Below, piece after piece: positions 36,521 through 48,900 of a DNA stretch of 64,000 nucleotides. This stretch comes from the human T2T-CHM13v2.0 reference genome, Homo sapiens. The DNA is taken from NCBI GenBank assembly GCA_009914755.4, contig CP086569.2, positions 19,744,001-19,808,000 of the forward strand, read 5' to 3'. The notes below the pieces were generated by a model. It saw nothing but the letters and a program-made list of their open reading frames with translations. It was not told where the DNA came from and ran no database searches. Made by a program: the position numbers and the translations under genes. Numbering within the stretch: position 1 is the stretch's first letter; each line of letters begins with the position of its first letter.

Positions 36521-36811
36521 TTCTTTTTAGAGATAAGGTCTTGCTCTGCTGCCCAGGCTAGAGTGCAGTGGCATGCATGACCTTGGCTCACTGCAAACTC
36601 CAACTCTGGGCCCAAGCCATCCTCTCACTTTAGCCTCCCAAGTAGCTAGAACTACAGGTATGTGTGACTATGCCCAGCTAATTTTTAAAAAATTTATAGA
36701 AATGGGGTCTTTCTATGTTACCCAGGCTTGTCCTGTATGCCTAGCCTCAAGCAATCCTGCCTTAGCCTCCCAAAGTGCTGCGATTTATAAGCATAAGCCA
36801 CTATGCCCAGC
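36521..36811 (-). mobile_element. Alu SINE (minus, AluJ-like)
   Basis: GAGATAAGGTCTTGCTCTGCTGCCCAGGCTAGAGTGCAGTGGCATGCATGACCTTGGCTCACTGCAAACTCC … CTCCCAAAGTGCTGCGATTTATAAGCATAAGCCACTATGCCCAGCT. Confidence 0.85.
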
Positions 36812-37736
36812 TAAACCTCTTTTGGAAGAAGCCCAGTCTATGGCATTTTGTTCAAGCACCCTCAGCACTCTGAGACATAAATGAGGCAGACACCCTTTCC
36901 TGCTAAACTGAACCTATCCCATTGCCTCCTGCAAGTCATAAGAGAAGGGTATGTGTTGGGCATTTCCATATATGCTCCAGAGGAATTTGCTAATGATAAC
37001 CCTGTCATAGGTGCAAATAATCTGTCTCCTGTTCCTCTGTTTGACTTCAAACTTCCTCCACACATTAACTTCTTTGTATTTCCTAGAGGTGCTGGTGATA
37101 TTGACTCCTATTTCACTCAAATAGGATTTTCAGTTAAAGAATAGATATCTTCCTTATCATCACTGTGATGGTCAGCTTTATGTGCCCATGAGGCTAGGCT
37201 ACTGGGTCTAGCCTTATAATTAAATATAAATTTAGAGGTTGACATGAAGTCATTTGCTAGATGTGATGAAGCCCCTTGTTTGTTGATGTAAAGTAATGGA
37301 GATTATTCTATGTGATCTTAGTGGGTCTGACTCTGTTAGCAAAAGGCATTAAGAATAGAGGTGCAGCTTCCCTGGCTGGAGAAGATTCTGCTCATGGACA
37401 GGAGCTTCCACTCACTTCTGAGAATTCCAGCTAGCGTTTCTTGCCTTATAGATTTCAGGAATGCCTCATCAGCTCCATGATCACATAGCCAATTCCTATG
37501 TCTTCTTTTCTATCTCCCATTGCCCTTGCTGGATTACCTGAACTGACACATTCACGTTTTCGTAAAATTTACTGCGAAAGTCTTACCGTCTTGCAGCTTC
37601 CTTGCAAAACTGTAACTTCCCCAAAACCACAACCTTGCAGCTCCATTTTTTTAAAGTAAATGTTCCTTTTTCATACTTTGTTCTTGTGGGAGGATACATT
37701 GAGATGTGAAACATTGTGTTTCAAAATGAATGGGGG

Positions 37737-38404
37737 ATACGATTTGACTATGTCCCCAGCCAAAACTCATTTTGAATTGTAGCTGCCATAATCCCTACCT
37801 GTTGTAGGAGGGACCCAGTAGTATATAACTAAATCATGGGGGAGATTTCCCATTCTTGTGGTAGTGAATAAGTCACAAAATATCTGATGGTTTGATAAGG
37901 GGTTCCCCTTTCTTTTGGCTCTCTTTCTGTCTTGCCTGCCACCATGTAAAACGTGCCTTTGGTCCTTCTTTGCCTCCTGCCATGATTGTAAGGTGTCCCT
38001 AGCCATGTGAAACTGTGAGTCCATTAAACTTGTATTTATTTTTTTGTTTTTTGTTTTTTGAGACAGAGTCTAGCTCTGTCACCCAGGCTGGAGGGCAGTT
38101 GCGTGATCTCGGCTCACTGAAAGCTCCACCTCCCTGGTTCACACCATTCTCCTGCCTCAGCCTCCCAAGTAGCCAGGACTACAGGTGCCTACCACTGCGC
38201 CCAGCTAATTTGTTGTATTTTTGGTAGAGATGGGGTTTCACCATGTTAGCCAGGATGGTCTCGATCTCCTGACCTCATGATCCACCCGCCTCAACCTCCC
38301 AAAGTCCTGGGATTACAGGTGTGAGCCACCACACCCAGCCACCTCTTTTTCTTTAAAAATTACCTAGTATGTCCTTACAGCAGCAAGAGAATAGACTAAT
38401 ACAA
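37737..38404 (+). mobile_element. MaLR LTR (THE1/MST-type), interrupted by an Alu insertion
   Basis: TGTCCCCAGCCAAAACTCATTTTGAATTGTAGCTGCCATAATCCCTACCTGTTGTAGGAGGGACCCAGTAG…ATCATGGGGGAG matches THE1 (TGTCCCCACCCAAATCTCATCTTGAATTGTAGCTCCCATAATTCCCACGTGTTGTGGGAGGGACCCAGTGGGAGGTAATTGAATCATGGGGGCAGG). It continues …CTTGCCTGCCACCATGTAAAACGTGCC…GCCATGATTGTAAGGTGTCCCTAGCCATGTGAAACTGTGAGTCCATTAAAC and, after the Alu, …ACCTCTTTTTCTTTAAAAATTACCTAGTATGTCCTTACAGCAGCAAGAGAATAGACTAATACAA. Confidence 0.7.
38037..38340 (-). mobile_element. Alu SINE (minus, AluS/Y-like) nested in the THE1/MST LTR
   Basis: TTTTTTGTTTTTTGTTTTTTGAGACAGAGTCTAGCTCTGTCACCCAGGCTGGAGGGCAGTTGCGTGATCTCGGCTCACTGAAAGCTCCACCTCCC … GATCTCCTGACCTCATGATCCACCCGCCTCAACCTCCCAAAGTCCTGGGATTACAGGTGTGAGCCACCACACCCAGCC. 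Confidence 0.9.
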
Positions 38405-38639
38405 GGGGAAATCCTGAAAATAATGAAATTTCAATGGACTTATTCACAACTCATGATGCCCAGTGGTATCATTCAAAGACCTAACAAGGTGGGTTCTGGA
38501 CAGATGCTGGAAACAGGATCTTAGCTTTTATATGTGAGATCTGAGATTGGATATAAAAGACCTCAGAGGCAAGTGACAGGCTAGGCCTTAAGTTAGTCAT
38601 GAGTACACAGCTATTCATTTATCATTCTGCATTCTGCTG

Positions 38640-39100
38640 TGCATTGCAGCAGATTGAATGCTAGCTCCCAAAAAGTATGCCTGTGTCCTAACACTGGCAA
38701 CCTGTAAATAAAATTTGATTTAGAATAAGGGTGTTTGCAGATATAATTATATAAATAATCTTGCAATAAGATTATCCTGAATTAATGTAGACCCTAACTC
38801 CAGTGACTGATGTCCTTATAAGAGACAGCAGAGGAGACACACACAGACGAGAAGGCCATGTGAGATGGAGACAGAGAATGGAGTGGTGTGTCCACAAGCG
38901 CAGGGACTCCTGGAGCTACTAGGAGCAGGGAGAGGGGTGAAGGATATTCCCCTAGTGTCTTCAGAGAATGGATGTCTCTGAGTCACCTTGATCTCAGACT
39001 TCTGGTCTTCAGGACTGGGAGAAAATTTATTTCTGTTGTTTCAAGCTCCTGGTTTGTTGTACTTTTCTTATTACAGTCATATACACATAGCTTATGTTCT
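38640..39100 (+). mobile_element. MaLR LTR fragment (MLT1-type)
   Basis: …TGTCCTTATAAGAGACAGCAGAGGAGACACACACAGACGAGAAGGCCATGTGAGATGGAGACAGAG…CACCTTGATCTCAGACTTCTGGTCTTCAGGACTGGGAGAAAATTTATTTCTGTTGTTTCAAGC is the typical MLT1 3' half. Confidence 0.45.
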
Positions 39101-39892
39101 TTTACCTCCACATAGAGTTAAAAAAGAAGAAACATTAAGCCTGAAGTTACAACTACATGATAATTTCTCACTGGTTTTCCAAGTGGTACACTCAAGAAAC
39201 CCAGGATGTTTCTGGGAGAACCCTCCACAACTTTCTTCATTCTAACTTGATTCTCCTCCCTGTCTACTATGTTAAATGCATTTTCTGAAGGCAAGATGAA
39301 GATGGGTCCTTTTCTGAGGCCTCTCCAGATCTTCTATTAGAAAAAATAATTGTAATTGGACCAGAGTTTCTTGGGACTTTTCATGTGTCTAAGTTTCAAC
39401 TAATTTTGAATAAACATTGCAATTTATAATTTTTAATTGAATGTGGCAGTGTCCTCTACTTAGCTCCAAAGTTTCATCTGTGACTTTAGAATATCACTTA
39501 ACCCTGATGACCCTTGATGTCTTCATCTGTAAAATGCACTTCACATGAACTCACCTCATTTGATTTGGAGATTTAAAGAGTAGCTGTAGGGCATGTTGTA
39601 CAACTTTTAGAAACTTTCCGAAATGTTAGCTGCATTTCATTATTTAACCCTCCACTTCCATCTTCCAATCATCTCTTCGGAACATGCTGTGGCTGTCAAA
39701 AAAAAAATCTTTCTAAACTGTGGTTTACCATTATTACCATGGGGTAATAAATACTCAACAGAAATTTCTAGCCAGTACCAATTCCCAACATGTTCTTTCC
39801 TGTGAACAAATATCCTGAAATGTCATTGGGAAGAACAAAATTCACTTTATCTTAACCTGATAAGCATATATGTCTTTAGCAATGGGAGTTAT

Positions 39893-40213
39893 TTTCTTTT
39901 CTTTTTCTTTTACTTTTTTTTTTCTTTTCAGACAAGATCTTGCTGTTTCACCCAGTCTGCAGTACAGTGGCATGATCATGGCTCACTGCAAGCCTGCATC
40001 TCCTGGGCTCAAGAGATCCTCCCATCCCAGCCTCCCAAGTCACTGGGACTATAGGTGAACACCACCATGACCAACTAATTTTTGTATTTTTTTGTAATGG
40101 TGGGAGTTTGCCATGTTTCCCAGGCTGGTCTTGAACTCTTGAGCTCAAGTGATCTGCCTACCTCAGCCTCCCAAAGTGCTGGGATTACAGGGTGTGAGCT
40201 ACTGCACCTGGCC
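39893..40213 (-). mobile_element. Alu SINE (minus)
   Basis: CAGACAAGATCTTGCTGTTTCACCCAGTCTGCAGTACAGTGGCATGATCATGGCTCACTGCAAGCCTGCATCTCCTGGGCTCAAGAGATCCTCC … CTCCCAAAGTGCTGGGATTACAGGGTGTGAGCTACTGCACCTGGCC. Confidence 0.85.
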
Positions 40214-41974
40214 AGAGTTATTCTTGAATTGTGAACCATAGTAACAAACAGAAAATAATCTTAAATGTCAATAATTTTCAGTGATATTTCTGGAATTCAT
40301 GGATCTTTCTGTTAGAACTGCATGCCTTATTCTGTCTAAAGCAATAAAGTTCTTTAAATCTAAACATTTTCATAAACACTCGTGGGAAGTTAGAGATGCG
40401 ATAATTCCTAAAAAGCCTGCATGGCAAAGATGCACACAATGTCAATATGGAACAGACATAGAACATAATTGAACCAATCCTATTAGTACTCAATTTAGCA
40501 AGGTTGCATTTTTTAGAACTAAATTTTTCATAGTTGCAGGCAGAGTGATGAAAGATGTTGGCAGACAGCCTCTTCATATAGACATCAGGAAGTGAATAAA
40601 CCAGCATGAATTGATACATAATTTAAGAGAAGGTAAAGGACATAGTCAGCATGCAACAAAATGCTGAAACCAAAAAACCTCCTGCACATGCCTGGAGCAA
40701 GAAGGGTTGCTTTTGACTCTTTCTCCATCTCAGCACTGATAGGTAGATAATCCCAAGGCCTCCTGGTGTTATATCTGAACAACAGAGTTACATGCTTTCT
40801 TGCAAAGTGTCAGACTATCCACGAGTTATTTTACATTACTCAAACAAAAGTCTATGGTAACACAACACTTCTAAACTGTTAAGAAGAGGGCTTTAACCAC
40901 ATCTTCTAGGTTGATGAATTAAATGGAGTAGGGAGAAGATAAGAGATTTTCAACTATGCTTTTAAAAAAATTGCTGTAGATACCTTTTTAAACTTTATGC
41001 AGTCTGAATTTTGTCAATATCTGACAAAAATGAACTTGAGAGCAAAAATTTTCATGCACACAATAAATAAGCAAAATAAAAAATCCTCTAAGCCCAACTT
41101 TCTCATTACATAGGGAAATGTGTCTCTTCGTTAGAAATCTCCATCTTAGAAAGCTGAGCTCTGCACTGCCCTACCATAAGGGATACTTACTGTGGTTATC
41201 CAAGTCTCAGAACTTGAGGCTTCTTACCATTTATTGTCTGTTTGCAGCCCAAGATAAACTTTTCTTCCCCAGAGACAATGTTATGTGCTGAGGGACTACA
41301 GGTCAGGCAGAGTTCCTAGCAAATCATCTGCTTTTTTTCCTTTCTATTTTATCTTCATTTATTTCTATTATACAAAGTATACCACTCTGACAGTCTACTG
41401 TATGCATGTGTCATCCCCTAAGCTGTGCTGGTTGAATCAAAAGGATAAAATTGCCTTATTATTTAAGGGAAAAAAAATGCATGAATTGATGAAACACATG
41501 GATTGAATTGATGAAACAAATGCCATTGTTTGGCATTCTACACTTCGCAGACCTTGGCATATTTCTTGGTAGGTAGCTGGACCTTAAATACTCAACCAGA
41601 CTTTTTGGAAAACAAAGTTCACAGAATATATACCTGTTCTGCTCCAGTATTTTCTCTTTGGAGAACAGCATTTCTATAGTTTTTAAACATAGAACAACAA
41701 TTTTTAATTTTTCTAGCTTCCAAAAGAGGAAACAGAGCAAACTCTGGCTGCAGAAGACCCAAGTATAGGCAGCCAATATGGAAAGAATTTTGGCAATCGT
41801 TGATAGTTCATTTGTTAATGATTTCCTTTGCTCTTGCAAATCTGAGTGTTGTCTAAGGTAATTTTAAAATGCACAAAATTGTGATTACACTATGCGAAAC
41901 CAAACACCATTGTGTATTAGAATTCAACTTTGTGGCAGACGAGTCATTCAATGTATGCCAGAACAAAATTCACA

Positions 41975-42075
41975 TCGCCAAGGGAGAGCGAGAAGAAGGA
42001 AAGAAGAAGGGAGGGTGGGAAAAAGAAAGGAAAGAAGGAAGGTGGGAGAGAGGAAGAAAGGAAACAAAGACAAAA
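41975..42075. repeat. purine-rich (GAAGG/GGAAA)n low-complexity tract
   Basis: gggagagcgagaagaaggaaagaagaagggagggtgggaaaaagaaaggaaagaaggaaggtgggagagaggaagaaaggaaac. Confidence 0.8.
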
Positions 42076-42489
42076 AATTGTTTAAATAGACAAAGTAATA
42101 TCCAGCAGGAGTGAAGTAATCTTAGGTTTGATATTGAAAATTAAAATTCAAGTGCTATGGCAGCATCCTAGCTAGTAGAGATGCCCCCAAATAGAGGAAG
42201 AGTCTGAAATTAATAGATTTCTGTGTGCATTCAACCCCACTTAGGTATGTGATCATGACTGGCTTCTATTGAGGATGGCTGTATATCTTCACTTTTTCAG
42301 CATATCTGGGGGGATATCCTAAAAAATAAGAAGATACAGAAATAAGAAGATCCATAGTAAAAATAGCACATCCTTGATTTTTGCTTTTATTTTATTTCTC
42401 ACCTTGCTACACATGTTCATCATCATTTTTTTAGAGCCCAGTCTGTATATTGTGAAGTCTTCCTTTCTCATTTCTAAATTTGTATCTCT

Positions 42490-43935
42490 CATCTCAGCTT
42501 GAGAGGTGACAGTGTGCTGGCAGCCCTCGCAGCCCTTGATGGCTCTCCGCGCCTCCTTGGCCGCGCTTGAGTCCTTCAGCCCGCCGCTGCCCTGTGGGAG
42601 CCCCTTTCTAGGCTGGCCATGGCGGGAGCCAGCTCCCTCAGCTTCCTGGGAGGTGTGGAGGGAGAGGCGTGGGCGGGAACCCGGGCTGCCGCATGGCGCT
42701 TGCGGGCCAGCAGGAGTTCTGGGTGGGCGTGGGCTCTGCTGGCCCTGCCCTGGCAGCGTCAGGCCCACCCGCAAGCCCCAGGCAGTGAGGGGCTTAGCAC
42801 CTGGGCCAGCAGCTGCTGTGCTCGATTTCTCGTGGGGCCTTAAGCTGCCTCCCGGCAGGGCAGAGCTTGGGACCTGCAGCCTCCCATGCCTGAGCCTCCT
42901 TCCACCCCAACGTGGGCTCCTGCATGGCCCTAGCCTCCCTGATGAGCCCTCCCCCTGCTCCAGGGCCACGGGTCGCATAGACTGCCCAAGGGCTGAGGAG
43001 TGCCTAGGAACCGCAGAGGGACTGGCAGGCAGCTCCATCTGCTGATGGGTGCAGGATCCAATGGGTGAAGCCAGCTGGGCTCCTGAGTCTAGTGGGGACT
43101 TGGAGAATCTTTATGTCTAGCTAAGGGATTATAAATACACCAATCAGCCCTCTGTAGCTAACTCAAGGTTTGTAAACACACCAATCAGAACCCTGTGGCT
43201 AGCTCAGGGTTTGTGAATGCACCAATCAGCACTCTGTATCTAGCTTAAGGTTTGTAAATGCACCAATCAGCACTCTGTGTCTAGCTCAAGGGTTTGTAAA
43301 CACACCAATTGACACTCTGTATCTGGCTAATCTAGTGGGGAGGTGGGGAACTTTTGTGTCTATCTCAGGGATTGTAAAGGCACCAATCAGCACCCTGTCA
43401 AAATAGACCAATCAGCTCTCTGTAAAACAGACCAATTGGCTCTCTGTAAAATGGACCAATCAGCAGGATGTGGGTGGGGCCAGATAAGAATAAAATCAGG
43501 CTGCGGGAGCCAGCAGTGGCAACCTGCTCAGGTGTTCTTCCACACTGTGGAAGCTTTGTTCTTTTGCTTTTTGCATTAAATCCTGCTGCTGCTCACTCTT
43601 TGGGTCCACATCGCCTTTATGAGCTGTAGCACTCACTGCGAAGGTCTGCAGCTTCACTCCTGAAGCCAGTGAGACTACAAACCCACCGGGAGGAATGAAC
43701 AACTCCAGATGTGCCACCTTAAGAGCTGTAACACTCACCACGAAGGTCTGCAGCTTCATTCCTGAGCCAGCGAGACCAGGAACCCACTAGAAGGAAGAAA
43801 CTCCGAACACATCCAAACATCAGAAGGAACAAACTCTAGACATACCACCTTTAAGAACTGTAACACTCAATCGCGAGGGTCCGTGGCCTCATTCTTGAAG
43901 TCGGTGAGACCAAGAACCCACCAGTTCCTCACACA
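42490..43935 (+). mobile_element. solo LTR12-family LTR (HERV9 LTR), about 1.45 kb
   Basis: GC-rich 5' part (GCTGGCAGCCCTCGCAGCCC…). A tandem array of about 9 CCAAT-box units (…GTTTGTAAACACACCAATCAGAACCCTGTGGCTAGCTCAGGGTTTGTGAATGCACCAATCAGCACTCTGTATCTAGC…ACCAATCAGCAGGATGTGGGTGGGGCC). 3' end GAGCTGTAGCACTCACTGCGAAGGTCTGCAGCTTCACTCCTGAAGCCAGTGAGAC…GAGACCAAGAACCCACCAGTTCCTCACACA. All are hallmarks of LTR12 (B/C/D/E). Confidence 0.85.
43140..43480 (+). promoter_or_regulatory. LTR12 internal tandem repeat carrying CCAAT boxes (NF-Y-type sites), candidate LTR promoter/enhancer module
   Basis: At least nine repeats of …ACACCAATCAG[C/A]ACTCTGT… plus GACCAATCAGC/GACCAATTGGC variants, visible directly. 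The regulatory role is from established knowledge of LTR12, not shown by this sequence. Confidence 0.4.
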
Positions 43936-44410
43936 AGCTCACCACTTTTGATGTCCAAAACACTTTGTTATGAAACTTTAATTTTCAACTTGCTTACATT
44001 GGTAAAACAAACTAATGAATTCTTGTTGAAATGAGTTGGTTACTTATATAGGAATTTTTATTAGGAGGTTTTATAACAATACCTACAAATCACTGCTATT
44101 ATGCGTTATTTACTGAGGTCAGAAATGACCCTATAATCTGGAAGTGGATCTTCTAACAATCCATTCCAGTGATGCTGAGTGTCATGTTTTACTTCTAGGT
44201 AATACGTCTCATTGGAATACATTTTGTTTGCTCTATGAATATAAAATGTGGGGCTCTTGTGCAAGAGAATGAACTTTTGAACTTCACAGACCAAGTTTAA
44301 TTCTGATTCTGTAGATGGTAACACTGTTAACAGTAATTCTCTGAGCTTCAGTTGCTCCATCTGTAAGGAAGGGGATCATGCTAGGCATCTGATAGAAATC
44401 ATGTGAAAGT

Positions 44411-44705
44411 GGCAAGGCACGGTGGCTGATGCCTGTAATCCCAGCCCTTTGGGAGGCCAATACAGGCAGATCACCTGAGGTTAGGGGTTGGAGACCAATC
44501 TGGCCAAAATGGTGAAAACCTCTCTCTACAAAAAATAAAAAAAATTAGCTGGGTGTGGTGACACACACCTGTATTTCCAGCTAACTGGGATGCTAAGGCA
44601 GGAGAATTGCTGAACCCTGGATGTGGAGGATGTAGTGAGCTGAGACTGTGCCATGGAACTCCAACCCGGGTGACAGAGTGAGACTCTGTATAAAAAAAAA
44701 AAAAA
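44411..44705 (+). mobile_element. Alu SINE (plus)
   Basis: GGCAAGGCACGGTGGCTGATGCCTGTAATCCCAGCCCTTTGGGAGGCCAATACAGGCAGATCACCTGAGGTTAGGGGTTGGAGACCAATCTGGCC … GTGAGCTGAGACTGTGCCATGGAACTCCAACCCGGGTGACAGAGTGAGACTCTGTATAAAAAAAAAAAAAA. Confidence 0.9.
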
Positions 44706-44719
44706 TGTCAATGTCTCAT

Positions 44720-47700
44720 TTTCCTGCCGCCTCTAGAGAGCTAGCTATCATCATTTGGCATATGTATAAATACCTACAGACAACATGTGGACAATTGGAT
44801 GCGTTTCGCTGATAATATTATATGGTACTTATATAGTATATAATGAAGGTTTGGTGTGCATCACAGTACATAGAGATCAGTAATATAATTCTGTGTGTCT
44901 TTCTTTATAAATGATCATACCTATACAATGGCTTGTTTAGCCATCTCCCTACTAACGGATTTGAGGTTGTCTATAATATTTTGTTTTTATACACAAAGCC
45001 CTAATATAAGGGTAGATTTTTCTCTGGTTATTTGCAATAGTCAATTGTCTATGGTGTTAATTAACCTTTTAATTTTTTAAAAAAATTCAATTACTCCTTA
45101 CTGGTAAATAGAAAAGCAATTGACTATTCACATTAACTTTGTATTCTGTGATTTTCCTATAATCAGTTATTCCAGGCGTTTTTGCTGTCATTGTTAATTC
45201 TTTGGGATTTTCCATATAGATGATCATATTATCTACAAAGAAAAAGACAATTTTATATCTTCTTTACTGGTCTATATAATTTTTATTTCCTTTTCTTGTC
45301 TTGTTACATAACCTAGAAACTCCATCACACTTTGAACTATGAATAGTGAGAGGAGACATCTGTGTCTTTTTCTTGGTCTGAGGGAGAAAATATTCAATTT
45401 CTCCTGATTAAGCAGGATATTAGCATTAAGATGTGTGGAGCTATTCTTCATAAAATCAAGGCATTGAGGACTCTACTTCTAACTTGCTCATAGTTTTTGT
45501 TTTCCATGAATTGGTGTTAAATTTTATCAAATGCTTTTTCTGGCTCAGTTTGTATGATCTGATGACTTTTCTTCTTTAACTTGCTGCTTACATTAATTGA
45601 TTTGTAAATGTGAACCAGGCTTGCATAGACAGGATACACCTCACTTTGTCATTGTGTATATATAATTTCACATATGGTAGAAATCTATTTGATAATATTT
45701 ATGGTAATAATTTTTGCATCTATGTTTATAAGAGACATTGGCCTGTAGTTTTTCTTTTGTGTAATGTCTTTATCTGTTTATCATGTAGAATTCTATTTTC
45801 TATTACTTATGTTAAGAATTTTTGCATTTATGTTTATGAGAGACATTGGCCTGTAGTTTTTCTTTTGTGCAATGTCTTTATCTGGTTTTGGTATTAGGCT
45901 CATACTTGCCACATAGCAGGAGACAAAAAGGGTTCCCTTTACTCTTATTTCATGGAAAATATTTAGAAAATTGGGATTGTTTCTTATGAGCTGGATTGCT
46001 ACCCTGCAGTTTCCATACATTAAAGTTCTGACACAAAGTACCTCAGAACTTGACCTTACTTGAAGATAAAGCCCTTAAAGAAGCCATAAGTTAAAAAGAG
46101 GCCATTAGGATGGGGCCCTTATCCTGAATGACTGGTATCCTAATAAACAGACACCAGGTGGTTTGCACATAGAGAAAAGATGATGTGAGGACACAGGGAG
46201 AAGACAGCCATTTACAAGAATGGAGAGAGTTCTCAGAAGAAACCAAACCTGTAGACACCTTAATCTTAGACTTCTAGTGTTCAGAATTGTGAAAAAAATA
46301 AAATTATGTTATTTAAGCCACACATCTTGTGGTATTTCATATGGCAGCCAAGCAGACTACTGCATGTTTATTCTTTAGAAGTTCTGTAGAATTCTGTAGT
46401 TAAATTAGGTGACTCTGGTACATTTTTGGAAAAGACATTAATTAGCAATTCATTTTCTTTATAGCTATAAGCCTATTCAAATTATCTATTTGTCTTTGTA
46501 TGAGTTCTGACAGTGATGTCTTTCAGGAATTTTGTTCTATTCATTGAAATTATCAAATTTGTGGGCATAAAGTTATTTATAATTTTTTGTTACATTTTCA
46601 TGTCCATGGGATCATTCATGATAAACCCTCTTTCATTTGTGATATTACCAAAGTGTGCCTTTTCTCTTTTTGCTTGGGTAGTATACATAGAAGTTTTTTA
46701 TTTATATTGATTTTTTAAAATTACTTCTTTTTTGGTTGCTGATTTTTTCTGTGGGCTGTTTTCAAATTTATTTTTCTCTGCTCTGATTTCTTTCTTTTCT
46801 CCTACTTGCTTTGAATTTAAATGTATCTCCTTTTCTGTACTTTACTAAGACAGAAACTTAGATTATTGATTTTAGATTTTTTTTCTAATATATGCGTTTA
46901 TTGGTTTAAAATTTCATTTGCACTCTGTATGTTTCGGTAAGTTATATTTTTATTTTCATTTAATTCAAATATTTAAAACATTTTCTTCATTACACTTTTT
47001 CTTTGGCCCATGTGTTTTTCAAGAGAGTATTATTTTATTTTCGGATATTTTAGGAATCTCCATCTACCTTTGTTATTGATGTCTAGTTTAGTTCTATTGT
47101 GGTTTGAGAATATATTTTGTTTTGTTACAGTCTCACCAATGCGCCACAGTGTAGTGGTCTCATTGTTTCAGGTATCATCCAAAATTCTTTATCTTACGGC
47201 CAAGAAAATTAAGGCATGTGGACACAAATGGTGAGGCTGGAGTGAAAGTTTAATAAGCAAAAGAAGAAAGCTCTCCACAGTGGAGGGTAGGCCTGAAAGA
47301 GGATAGCCAAGTATGAAGCTGAGTCTGGGGTTTTGATGGACTGGGAAGGGGAGGAATGTGCTGACTGGGCTGCAGACTCTATTCGAGAAAGCAGCACTTA
47401 GAAAGAGGTATGAGAGCGTAAAGGACCAATTGGAGACAGAGGTGAAGGCTTGGCCCAGAATCTTGTCCTGGGAACAATCAGCAACTGAAGTGATGATTCA
47501 CCCTATGTAAATGTAGACTTAGCCTACAGCCAGTTACAGAAATGTAAGCATATGTAAAATAGGTGAAAAGTAAGATACTAAGGCCTGCCCAGGAGAGAGA
47601 AATTTGTCCAAAAAGGAATGGAATTTGTTCATCTGGGTTCACAAAGTGAACATTTCTATTCAAGGCATGGGCTCTTTCTTATCTGGGGCCTGCAGTTTGA

Positions 47701-48900
47701 TTTTCAGGCTGTTCTTTGTTTGAAGAAATTTTACCAAGAACCTACCCTAACTGCATGTGTGACCAGTTTTTTACTTTCTCCTCTCTTAGTATGATTTCTA
47801 TTTCTATGAATGTGTTAAGTTGTATTGCCCAGAATGTTTTGTGTATTGGTGAGTATTCTATGTGAGCCTGAGAAGAATGTATATTTTGGTTCTGTTGGAT
47901 GACACATTCTATATATGCAAGTTAACTCAAGTTAATTGATAGTGCTGTTTAGTTCAACTACAATTTTTCTGATTTTTTTTTGCTGTTTCCTCTATCAGTT
48001 ACTGACAGACGGGATTTTAAATCTATAACTACAACAGTGGATTAGTCGGTTTCTCCGTTTAGTTCTATCAGTTCTTACCTCATGCAATTTTATACTCCTG
48101 TTTTTGGTGAAACATATTTGGAGTTGATATGTTTTCTTTGAAAATTGTTCCCTTTGTCTTTACAGTATTTGCATGTTTATCCTTGATAATTTCCTCATTC
48201 TGAAGTCTGATTTGTATGAAATCATTAAGTACTCCAGATTTGTTTTCATTAGTGTTTAGATGGCATACCTGTCCCTCTCTTTATTTTAACATGTCTGTGT
48301 TTTTAAATTCAAAATGAGTTTCTTTAGACACGTATAGTGGGTTTTATTTTCCTTTAAATTATAATCACATTATAATCTTAGTCTTTTAATTGATGTACAT
48401 AAACATGAGTGTTTAAAGTAATATAGTTGAATGAATTTTTAACATGTTGGTAATCATTCAATTTGATATATTTTTTATTTGTTTTTTGCCCATTTTCAGC
48501 TTTCTCTGCTTGAGTATTTTTAAAAATTATTTTTATTTTTTGTATGTACATAGATGTATATGTTTCTGGGATATGTGGGATATTTTGAGCAGTTTAAACA
48601 ATCTTATTTGTCCCTTCTCTTGGCATATATATTAAACTTTAAAACAATGTGGTATTTTCCTGAACATTACTAATATATCCTTTTAGCTAATACAAGTCAC
48701 CTGTTGAATACTATGATACTGCTTCCTGGACAATGGAACTACCTCTCAAGAGTATTCTTAATTCCACCCTCCCATTACTTATGTAATTACTGCTATGTGT
48801 TTATTTTTATTTGCATATATGCTATAGTCTCTTAATACTTATAATACTCTTAATACTCATAATTGCTATTATGATTACTTTAAATTTCTATCTGTTTAGT
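44720..48900 (-). mobile_element. old L1 (L1M/L1PB-like) body in antisense orientation (ORF2 to ORF1 region), with secondary insertions
   Basis: Long matches to antisense L1 ORF2: …CCATATAGATGATCATATTATCTACAAAGAAAAAGACAATTTTATATCTTCTTTACTGG…ATAGTGAGAGGAGACATCTGTGTC…AAGACATTGGCCTGTAGTTTTTCTTTTGTG…TTCATTGAAATTATCAAATTTGTGGGCATAAAGTTATTTATAAT…AGAATGTATATTTTGGTTCTGTTGGATGACACATTCTATATATGC. An internal tandem duplication of about 105 bp lies at 45690-45900. An MLT1 LTR is inserted at 46090-46370. A segment I cannot classify sits at about 47210-47740. Confidence 0.7.
46090..46370 (+). mobile_element. MaLR LTR fragment (MLT1-type) within the old L1
   Basis: …GATGATGTGAGGACACAGGGAGAAGACAGCCATTTACAAGAATGGAGAGAGTTCTCAGAAGAAACCAAACCTGTAGACACCTTAATCTTAGACTTCTAGTGTTCAGAATTGTGAAAAAAATAAAATTATGTTATTTAAGCCACACATCTTGTGGTATTTCATATGGCAGCCAAGCAGACTAC. 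Confidence 0.5.

Noticed and set aside
42319-43045. Longest non-L1 ORFs of the window (239 aa on the minus strand, 179 aa on the plus strand, and 74 aa)
   Set aside because: They lie entirely within the GC-rich U3 region of the LTR12 solo LTR. Their Pro/Arg/Gly/Ala-rich low-complexity translations (…PRTPAGPQAPCGSPGSRPRLS…) are what any GC-rich non-coding DNA gives. Overlapping ORFs on both strands are a composition artefact.
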